Source: Styela clava (Eukaryota). Taken from it: 64,000 nucleotides of DNA. The DNA is taken from the NCBI RefSeq assembly GCF_964204865.1, contig NC_135250.1, forward strand, positions 8,060,001 through 8,124,000, in the 5' to 3' direction. The notes under the pieces are model-generated. The model was given only the letters and a program-made list of their open reading frames with translations. It had not been told where the DNA came from and made no database searches. Shown here piece after piece: positions 1-23,163 of this stretch. A program made the translations under genes and the position numbers. How positions within the stretch are numbered: position 1 is the first letter of the stretch; each line of letters opens with the position of its first letter.

Positions 1-3000
1 GCTATTAATTTTAAACAGTATTTTTGTATATAAATACAATCCCACAGAACATATCAAAGCAAAACTTGTTTGCTCTTTGTGTGAAAGATAATGGTAGTCA
101 GCTTTCGATCCAGATATTCTATTCTACCATGCAAGAATCGATGTACATTATCAACGCAAAATGATTCAAATAGTTGATATTGGCATAAAATGTGATAAAA
201 CGTACGCATGATTTACAGCATTTCTGGGTATCAATATATTTTTATTTCATTATCACTGTGGAGCTGTGTTTACCATTTGTGAAATCACGGAAGTTTAAAT
301 TCGAGAAAGCATTACTGACTATACAAAATGGAATCTGGAATATTTTCAATGCAAATTTGATTCACTCCATACAATGAGTAACCCATTGATAACACTGCTA
401 TTTGGTAACTCACTTCACCTTCAGCATTTAGTGGGCTTGTTCTGGGTTCTTTCCCTCGTTTTTTTGTATTTCAATCATAGCCAATACCAATACTAGCCAC
501 GCAGTCGCCACGCTTAACCAGCCACTGATGCAATACACATGGTATCACACATTTACACATATATTCTCATCTAAAATTTGGTTCAAAATTTTTTCTTGTT
601 AATTTTAGGACCAGTACTGTTTTTAATGGATTATATTTCCACTCGGTATAAATTCAATATATTCGCAAATTTTATTGAACAAGGTTTGTGATTTTGTATT
701 AAAAGTTAGAAAAATTGAAAACTAATATTTTGCGTATCAAATTATGACATATATCAAGTTATCACCAAAAAAATGTAAAATTTTTACAAAAAGCAGTTTT
801 CCTATTCGAATTCTAGAAAATATCTTTTTTTGATTGATGAACCAACATTTTCAAATTTTGTGGGGCTAACAGGTTTCGTATATACACATGATGATGAGTC
901 CTCTGAAAATTATAATAATGTTTATTCATTTAAACTGTTCTCATGCCTGGCTTTACTCAATTAAATATCTCCATATCAACTTCCCTATCATAGCAAAACA
1001 AAAGATGTGATGGGAGTGCAAATTTTGTTAGTATAACATCCTGAACAAAACCAGAAAAAGTAAACAAAAGCGAGACTATTGATATTTTAAACAGCTCCTT
1101 AATATTAATAACATTTATCTGGTGGTGAAAACTGAATGAGATATTGTTAAAATGACATTCGCTAAAATTGGATATGTTTTATCAGCAGAGCACCATTAGG
1201 CTCTCAGAATTGTGGTATTTTCTGCTATTATCCATTTAATTTATTCATCTCTCATCAGTTGAAATGTCTCAATGGTATTGCACGATTTAGTAGCTTTCTT
1301 TCCTTTCCAATCAGTGCTTATGGCTTTGCCTAAAATTTTCAAATTGAATTAAATATTTGAATCGACTCATTGAATACATAACGACCTATACAAAACATGA
1401 CCTCTTTTGTAATATTTCGATATTCTACATTCTAAAATATTATTCGAAAAACATTCATAGTAATTACGGTAACTATTTGATTTTGGCCATTTCTCGGCTG
1501 CTTTGCATGAATTTATGAAAATGGGTTATGAATTTCTTTATTTTGAAGTTTAATCAAAGATGTCTGCCAAATTGAATAGACAAATAATATAATGCATGCA
1601 AAATTTTTCTTTATTGAAATTAAATGAATCAATATTATACCACAAATGAAGTTTATTTTAACAATAAATCAAATTTAGGTCATGCGGTTTCGAAAAAATA
1701 TCATTTTAATTTTTTAATTTATTTATTTTACTGAAGATTACCACTGATTATGATTTCAATTTTTTTCTGTAAAAGGGAAGCCTATAACGTGGCTGAATCA
1801 TAATATGATGAACCATCAACAATTGTCTAGTCGGAAGCCGAGATTGTGAATCGGATTAGTTTAATCAATCATTCCATTAATTAATCTTCACTCAATACAT
1901 GAACTTGGTAATATTAGGCCTTTCTGATGTTTCTATAATAAAAGTACAAATTCAAGAGGGATTGCCAGAACCGAATACTTTTACAATTCTGGATACATTT
2001 TAAAATAATATCTTCAAATCGGGTAATGTTGAACAAAAATACATAGAAGTAAATTTGTATTCAATAGGTTTGTTATAAAAAAAGGGGGAAAGTTAACATA
2101 AACAGTGATTTGTTTTGTTTTCTACTCTTTCTACAGTTTTCAGAAAGTAAATGAAGCTCTTTTTATTACACTTTGATAATTCAATCTATCAAAATGGGAA
2201 TTTTTGAAATTCAAATTATTTCTAAAATTGAAATATTATACATAACTAATTTGGCTTCAATTTTGGTTTCAAAATAGTGCATTATATTATTGAAAAAACT
2301 ATGTACAACCACTATTTTAGACATTGATTTGAAAATAATGAAAAGTAATAACATTCCTAGCAATATACCCTAAGGAATTTATCAAAAATTATAGTGTGTA
2401 TATAATATGTGGTGTTGCAATAATAGCATTGAGAAAATTTGCTAATTTTTGACATGACTATATACAGAAATGTCTAGAAAGTTTATGTGATATGTTGAAT
2501 AATATGGTATATTATTGATTTGAGCAATATTTATATAGTTTTATTTAAAATTTGTTGTTTTGAGCATTTAGTATCTGACTATTCACGCTGTCATGCTATT
2601 GCTGCCATGAAATGCTTTTATCTTGACTTTCCCACTCTGTTGAAAAGCAATGGTTTTTATAACGCAAAGGATTATTTTTGGAATAACTTAAATCCCTTCA
2701 AAAAAACAATACAATGCTTACATTTATGCATGAGGTAATCTCAAATGCCAATGTGTTTAGAACCTGTTAATTGAAACCATCACAGGAAGGTGGTTGTTTA
2801 AGTTTGTTGACCTTATTAAATACTACAAGAATGTTATATCATCATCAATTTTGTAAGGATGTGATTCAAATCATAGAATTGAACCAAATTTGAACTCGTT
2901 AAAATAAAATAAACCTTCATTTATTATATTGCTAATGACTTGACTAGTGATAAATATATGTGAAGGGAATTATATTTATAGGTAGCATTATGTATTTGGT

Positions 3001-4418
3001 CATATGGAATTTTTTTTGGGATTGTATTTTGAAGGTTATTCTCTTACATTCCACGCACAACTTTTTATTTGAAGAATTTTAGAAGGTGGTGTACACTAAC
3101 TAACTCGGAAGTAAAGGATAGACGTCTGTCTAATCTCTGAGAAAAGTTGCATACAGCTAGATAATTTGTCAGTATAGTTTTTTACTAATATTAAGAGAAT
3201 GAGGATGTGTCATAATTTCAATTTTCATGATAAAAGCAACTGAGTGCAAATTATTATTATTAGAGTTTATAGAAATTTTTTGGAAATCTTTACTTTAATA
3301 CACGAGATCAAACCACCAAGGTTTTGCTGAGAAAGCTGATTTATGCTATAAAAAAAAAAAAGCAATTTTTTCTCGAAATGACGCTTTATGAATAATAATG
3401 TTACTATTCACAACCCATAAAAGATTTTGGGTCCTAAACCCTCTTTGTCTTAAAGGTCAAAACTGTTGTCAAAATGGCAACTCAATAGCTTTTTACTGTT
3501 GAACTATTTGAATGGTGATTGGAACCATAATATCCATCCCCATTTCTAAATCGTAATGATCAAATTTATTCTCATAAAGAGTCAAACTGTCTACTTTAAT
3601 ATCGATAAACTTGAATTTGTTCCATCTGGTTGATATCCTATTACTTATGATAATGGTTTTATACATTCAATGGCCTCATTATTCAAACAGGATTTTCACG
3701 GCCATTCGCCAAGTGTGATGCGTCATGGCCGAGTATATTTTAAAACATTCACCATGCACGGGATGTACATAAAAATACATAGCCAAATATGTTTAAAAAA
3801 GAGAAGAACCACATAATTTTGGTATAGTAATAATCATGAATAAAGAGTAGTGAAATCTATTCCCATAACCGAGTGCATTTCTTTTATTCATCACTATGTA
3901 GAATTGGATTGTATAATTATTTTCGCTTCTCTGAATGTTTGGAATGCCTATTGAATTTCATCGGCCTGTTTGAAGGCATGCCTAGACTGAACTATAATCG
4001 AAAAGGCTTTATTGCTTTGAAGACTGACTTTTGAAAACAGATTTGAGGGTGGCAAATTATTTTTATGTGTTTACTTTGTTGAATATTGTTTTTCATGTTA
4101 GGTATATCGTTCTTTATTGAAATTCATTCAAAACAAAAAAACAGACATGGCTTAATTTCTCGTGATACTTTCCTGTGTTTCCAAATTCAAATTCATGGGG
4201 GATATGACGACTTCCATATGCTTTTTGTTGTACGTGACTCAATCTGGAATATATTTAATATCCATATTTGAAAATGTTATTTCAATATGAGTATTTCAAT
4301 ACCAACCGTCTCACAATATGTATAATATAATTGCTATACCCAATCGGTTCGTACCTTCGAGTTAGTCTTATTTAGAGCAGAATTCAAAATTTCTAATAAA
4401 ATTTTCATTTTTTTTCAG

Positions 4419-16785
<12,367 letters not shown>

Positions 16786-17143
16786 CTCGCTCGTTTTTTC
16801 GCTACCTCAAAAAGCCGTTTGTATGCCAGTATGAAGATGTGGTGCTGTGTCCATACACAATGAAGATAACAATAATATGTTCCAGATTTGTCAAAGTTTA
16901 CTTGCTTTGTTTTTTTTTTACAAAAATACGATATGAATTAGTTCATGTTTGATAATAGGGTCGTCGTTTATTTTTTTAGCAATATTTATGAGGCCAGCTA
17001 TAGGCCGGAGAAAATTACATCTCGTGGGAAGTCATTTATTTTGGTAGTGTAAAATGACAGGTATGCAAATATTTGAAAACATGATTGCGAGTTTGGGTGG
17101 TATTGCATATATCAGTGTCTGCATGATAATATGGTCTGACAAA

Positions 17144-17452
17144 ACAGATATATTGAGATGGAAATGTGAGGGTATTGGTGCTCAAACCAGGTGGCTGAAA
17201 CAAAATGATTATCGGTAACTATTCCAAATACATTCTGAAATTATGTTTTTCAAATATTGAATATATTCTAAATTGCGTCATGTCCACAGTTTGACCGGTA
17301 AATTTGCATAAATCATAAATTCCTATAAATTTAGTTTGGTAGACAGATACTTTTAGAATGGAAATGTGAGGTATTGGTGCGTAAACCAGGTGGCCAAAAC
17401 AAAATAATTAACTATTCCAAATACGTCCTAAAATATTGTTTTTCAAATGTTG
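17144..17452. repeat. Direct duplication, about 115-bp segment with 198-bp period
   Basis: ACAGATA...ATGGAAATGTGAGG(G)TATTGGTGC...AAACCAGGTGGC...AACTATTCCAAATAC occurs at 17144 and 17342. Confidence 0.85.
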
Positions 17453-17784
17453 CCTCAATTTTGAATGAATTTGTTTTGGACTAGTATTCTCAGAATATGC
17501 AGCCATGTGTCAATCCTTATCTCAACCCCACCAATAAAAATTGATTTTAGACGCATTACGAATGAAATTGTTGCAGACATCGATATACAATTATCCAAAA
17601 TTTGCATTCTTTGTTACTACAATCTAATCCCATAACTGTCGAAATATCATGCCATAGTCATCCTGTTTACATCTCATTAAGAGTGGCATTTGTAACGTTA
17701 TACATCATCTCTGAGCTGTGATTAGTTGAATCACAATTCATTGACTATTAACAAGGTGCATTGGTGTGAGATATAGAGTTAAGA

Positions 17785-18228
17785 AAAATGTAAAATTGCC
17801 AATACAGTAAGGGAGATGGTATATGAACGTTTGGCCCACAGACATTTCAACCCACACAGGTTCAGGTTCGATGGACCGAAAAATCTGTTCTGAAATGGCC
17901 AGAGGACATGGAACTTGGCATATGGTTCTGCCCGTCTAAATTTTCGAAAGTAAATAAGCTTTCTGCGCAATTTCCAAAAAATTTGTCTAATAATGCTCTG
18001 CACCAAACCAAAATGTTATATTGCCAATACAGTAAGGAATATGGAATATGAACGATTGACCCACAGATGTTTCGACCAAAGTATGTTCGAGTATGATGAA
18101 CTGAAAAATCTGTTTTTAAACGGCCAGAGGACAGGAAACTTGGCATGCGGTTCAGCCTGTTTAATTTTCGAAATTAAATAATCCGAGCAATATTAAAAAA
18201 GTTTGCCTAATAATGCTCCGCACCAAAC
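17785..18228. repeat. Tandem duplication, 2 copies of about 225 bp
   Basis: ATTGCCAATACAGTAAGG...GAAAAATCTGTT...GGCCAGAGGACA.GGAACTTGGCAT...CTAATAATGCTC.GCACCAAAC is present twice. Confidence 0.88.
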
Positions 18229-20129
18229 GTTTTCATCCATTTCCTCTTGTCGTGTTTACAGATAAATAGTTCGTTGCAAGAACTATTGTTTGATAAATTA
18301 TTTTTTCTGGAGATTGGAATATGTATTTTATTGCTATCAAATTCAGGACCAAATATGTGATATTTATATAGTCTTAGAGCGATTATTTTCAAATTAGTCA
18401 CTTGAGGCTGTGTTATTTCGCACAATAACAATAAAAAGTTTATAGAGTAAACATACAAACCAGCTATAAAAATTCCAAACCATGGTACACTCATAAGGGG
18501 TATGTATACCTCTCTAATGCACCCAATTCTTAGGGCTAAGGTACACTTCATGTATGGCCTTATTATATTTAGTACGCGATTGCATAAATTCAATTCCAGC
18601 TCGAATAACGAATATTTAGGTTGGAGTCGTTTTCCCAATCTTAGAGTTTGTCACTCTGTGTGTAGTACATACAAACTTGCAAAATATGGACCTGTTTAAT
18701 TTTTTTTTGCAGTTTCTGATTGCAGATATCTGATTAATAATATTGTGTAAGCTAATGCTCACAGTTCATGAACTAATAGGCTATTTGTTTGTTAGTTTTT
18801 CATTAGATAGAACATAATGATGACACATAGTTTTTCTACCTATCTCAGTTTCTACCTTTCTAGGTAGTTATTTTTATTAATATTATTTTAATCGTTGTGT
18901 TGTTACTTTGCCTTATTTTTTTCATATCTTGTTTATTATTCTCATTATTGTTTGTCATCACTCGGCCTTCATAGAAATTTGTCATAAACTAACTTGCGAT
19001 AATTAAGGTGTATCGATGAATAGAAATATATTTCTTGGACGTTTCGTTAGAATCTGGCCGTCTGGACTACATTCGCCAGTTAATTATATATTCATATGAA
19101 CAACGTATCTTTTTGAGTCCCAAATATATGGAAATCAAAAAAATGGACACTGTTGTTTTGAAATTCACAATTTACACTTTTCTTGTGACATTAAAATGAT
19201 AATTTGACCCAATTTAGCTTCCTAATGCTAAATAATTTCAGTAGTTTTTGGAATCACTCAAAAAAATTGAATCTCAAATACTCTTTTGAGTGAGTGCATG
19301 TGATCTTGAAAAAAATGATTTTGAAAGAAATCTGTGGCATGAAAAAGCTCTTGGCTTTTCAGTGACTTCACTCAGAGATGAGTGTTCATTACTTGTGAGT
19401 GGGCTCACATGATCTGGCTTTGAGAAAACTTTCGTGGAAAAAAATTTGTCAACTTTCACTTTTCCATTGAATACTTTCAATTTGGTAATACATTCAAATA
19501 TGAATAAGACAAAATCAGATGATGGTATCCATGTTTTTCTCTATATGAAAATGGTTGCATTTGTTGAGTATGTGGTTCACTTAATCATTGATTTTTTGTG
19601 ATGGTTACTTGCCTTTTTGTTCACTCAACCTTTTTTGTTACCATATATTGGTCTCAGCAGGAAATACATTGTTCATTCACATTATCATTTTTGTTGCGTT
19701 TATGTTCAATTTTCGACGTAATTCACAGTACTTTTTTGCGTTTTATTACTTCATTTTTTTGGTTTATTTTGTTACTTTTTTCCAAGAAAAGGGCTCAAAA
19801 GTTTTTTATACATTCCCTTCATTGCATTTAAATAATTGTATTATTGCTAGTTTGGTCAGTCATGTGTTGGCAACTTATTGCAAATATAAATGAAAGGCTA
19901 TCAGTCATAAAGCAGATTCAGTTTTCGATTGCCATGGATGGAATCCCTGGCATTCTTGAAACTGTCCTAATGAGTGATTAAGGAAATTTTGCTTAAACGG
20001 TGCCACGAATCTTGTGCTGGTTAAATAAAGTCTGTTGGCAAAACTCTCATCTCTGGGTTATAAAAAGTATATTGATCGATCGTCTTTGCCTTACATAATT
20101 GGTGAATCTTCAAAACCCTCTTAACTATT

Positions 20130-20235
20130 TTCATACCCGAAATGGATTTGTAATTCAGCAAAGGCCGTGATCCGACATATGATTAAGCTAGCTCGTCAGC
20201 TTTCCTCCTGAGGTAAATATGAAAATCATAGCCTG
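20130..20235 (+). mobile_element. SINE 3' fragment
   Basis: AGGCCGTGATCCGACATATGATTAAGC...CAGCTTTCCTC...AATATGAAAATC, similar to the SINE tail. Confidence 0.5.
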
Positions 20236-20527
20236 CTCAATTTTAGGCTTATTGATCTGCTTTATGTCTAGTAACATCTGACATTCATTTATAGCAAAAT
20301 CTGGTGTCAACATTAGACTTGTTAGATTTTTCACAATGTGCTTGTTTTGTCCTTATGACGTGATGATGGTAGTATTTTTGGATTTTCGTAAATAAACGAC
20401 TGTTGGAGCTGAGTTTTGAATCAGTTTGTGATATCTAAATGTGACAGGTCAGGAGTTTCCGGCTGTATTATTGGCTAGCTTATAAAGTGGTTATACTAGT
20501 AGAAAATAGTTTGCTGATTTTACTCAA

Positions 20528-20612
20528 AGGGTAGAATTTACATCATAATCACAGGGAGAGGACAGCTGATTAGACGGCTTACCATATAACGTACCATGGT
20601 CTCTTGTCCGAG
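20528..20612 (-). mobile_element. SINE 3' fragment, reverse
   Basis: Reverse complement GGACAAGAGACCATGGTACGTTATATGGTAAGCCGTCTAATCAGCTGTCCTCTC matches 13221-13275. Confidence 0.6.
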
Positions 20613-21126
20613 ATTAGTTTGCCATTTATTTTTTGTTATCAGATGCACATTGATACCTTCTATCTGAGCAGTTTTCATATTTGGTTGTTCAGAATCTCAG
20701 CACCTACGGGGGTTGTGTTTAAAACACAAAGTCCAATACTTTGTCTCACAATGTAATTCAGTAAGGAACATGTCTATGCAGTTAGAGCCATTGCCCATTA
20801 CATACAATTTCGATTCTTAGCTCCAGGGCCCATACAAAATACTAGATGTTGGCATATGATGAGCCCTTTTCGTTGAAAATGCTCATGTATAGAGAAAACT
20901 TTTTGAGATCAACGGTCGACGAAACATTCACGGTTTGCTATAAACGGAGAAAACTGTTTTCGGAGGAGCAGTTACGGAAAAATTAACAAAAAGAGCAATG
21001 TTCGAATATGGACACGAAAGTTGCGCATCGGTACCTGTGTTCCGGTTCCAGTATGGTACGGGTTTAGACTTTAGATATGTATCTGAGCACCGCGTTTTCT
21101 GAAAAATCGACAGACAATCTATACAG

Positions 21127-21780
21127 AGATAGATAGTTTATTTCGAAAACTCCATAACAAACATAAATTAAAAATGGAGAATTCTGGAGGGCAAGCAAAA
21201 CCTATAAGAAAGTTTAAAACATAAGAAGTATCTCACGTGCCTGCCCACCAGCACGCACACAAAAACACAAGCCAAATTAAATGAGGCTTGCGCCAAACTT
21301 AACAAACAAAATACACCATGTATGTATGTATGTTTATTCGTCTCGTAATAGTGAGAACAAAATAAATGAACGATTATTATTATGTAAGACGGGATGCATG
21401 CAAAAGACCGTACTGGCCTAAAACACAAATGTGCGGCATGCACCCTTTTTAACAAATATAAAACAAAAAACATTAGATTAAATATGCATAGTATGGTCCC
21501 TTATATAGACAGTTGTGCAAGGTGGGCAATGGGTCGTTTGGTGTGGTGAAAGTGGTAAGGGTGGAGTATACAAAACTGTTTATACAGGGAAGTTTATAGA
21601 CAAGACAATATATATAAATAGAGACAACACAACACCAAATAAACATATACATAACAATGAAATCAAAAGTTAGGCGCAAATACAGCGCCTTTGAATGGTG
21701 AGACCATATAGTATGAATTGGCGAAGTATAAGTGATAAATTTGCGGTTCTTATGCCTATATGGTATGCGGCACTCAAGGG
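21127..21780 (-). mobile_element. Probable 3' end of a non-LTR retroelement (LINE/SINE tail)
   Basis: On the - strand it ends AATAAA-CTATCTATCT (short microsatellite tail), preceded by a GGGCA.../...TGCCC potential stem and a T-rich body; no ORF homology recognised; far boundary uncertain. Confidence 0.4.
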
Positions 21781-21869
21781 CGCTAGTAGAGTCTTTGATA
21801 GAATATATCTATTTCAGCAAAAATGTGAACCATACAGATAGTATTAAACTTTGTCTTGTTGTAAACTGC

Positions 21870-21911
21870 TTGTCTGAGGAAGTCTGACTCTGGTCGGACG
21901 AAACGTTACAG
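21870..21911 (+). ncRNA. Minimal type I hammerhead ribozyme motif of the Penelope-like element (PLE) type
   Basis: UUGU-CUGAGGA-A-GUCUGAC(UCUG)GUCGGAC-GAAA-C-GUU^ACAG. Core CUGANGA at 21874-21880, 7-bp stem II with one G-U pair, GAAA at 21900-21903, palindromic AACGUU in place of stem III, short stem I UUGU/ACAG. Confidence 0.68.
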
Positions 21912-21949
21912 AAATACATTTGTGTTAGTGTGCAGCTGGACTCTTTAAT

Positions 21950-23163
21950 TGAATAAACTTTCGGGCTGTCGTACTTTTAACAATTACGTCGATAATGACC
22001 AATACTTATAGAGGCGACCAAATTTGGAATAGGGATAAAAGTAATAGCCTGTCAGTACAGGAGTGACTTCATCCATACTTAAGTACCGGTACAGATGAAC
22101 TTCAAATTTGAGATTTCAAGTAATTAAACTTTGAAATCGATCGATCCACCTTGTGTCCAATACCGGTCATATGTCCCTGAACCAGAGGGGTGTGTCTGAA
22201 GTGAGTGAACAATCAAAATTCCTACAATTTTTAATACAGAAAATACACTGGAGGGCGTTTAGATTTAGATTACGTTGTACAACAGGCTGTGTACAGCCAA
22301 AGTGACTATAAAATGTTAGAGTCACTTTGTGTACAGGATAGGATACGGTACCGTTCCGTGTCGGGTATGGGATTAGTTAGTTACCGTATTTATTAGACCG
22401 CAAGACGAGTGTGAGTTGGGGTGACCCTGGTAAAAAAGCAGCACATACTGTCATACGGTACCTACAGTACCGGTACTCTTCGACATCGGGGCTTAGCCTA
22501 GGTATAGTCTGATAGTGGAGTAAACGCTCAAATAATGCTGAAGAAAAATGTTATGTTAAAATACGGCCCAAATTTTCATTTCTTTAAAATAAAAGTACCG
22601 TATGTCTCGCACGATACAGACATAACGATATACTCTCTTGATTTTTTTTTGCATGGAACATACTTGCTCAGTTGTAAATTAAGTAGGCTTGACTTTACTT
22701 AAACGCGTCTGTCAGAAATTTCATTCCACACGAGACAGACTTGAAAATTTGACCTCCATATCCACATTACATTTTGTTTATCATTGTTTCAGCAGTTACT
22801 GCGTTTATTTTCTATTCACATTCTTGTTTGGCATTTTTTATGCAGTTGAAGTATTTACTTTGCTACCCCTGTCTGCTTGTAGGTTAGAATTATTCTCACA
22901 TGCCTCACTGATTTCTCTTGGTTGCAGAATTGAATAGTAAATTTGAGGTCCTGTTCTTCCTGTAGCCCACTGTCATTCAAAGATTTCAAATGTCTCACAT
23001 CAGTCACATGTGTTTCTGTTTAATGGTTAATGACTACTGTAACAATATAGTTATTTCTTTGTTTTTTGCATAACCCTAGAAATCACTGTTATGTGAATTT
23101 CCCAACCTATGGTGAGAGAGTGGATATAATAATGAACTTTATGTTCGTGAATATAATAACATT
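21950..23163 (+). promoter_or_regulatory. Putative promoter/5' leader region of GOLGA2, with a candidate splice or trans-splice acceptor at 23079
   Basis: CpG-richer stretch at about 22300-22650 with clustered GTAC/ACCGGT palindromes; TTATTTCTTTGTTTTTTGCATAACCCTAG acceptor 85 nt upstream of the ATG. Confidence 0.4.

Noticed and set aside
1-4418. First coding exon of FAM117/GLCCI1
   Set aside because: No convincing ATG-bearing exon with a phase-1 donor found; it probably lies upstream of the window. The short ORFs here look non-coding.
18207-18638. 143-aa minus-strand ORF
   Set aside because: AT-rich composition, no motif or splice support; likely spurious.
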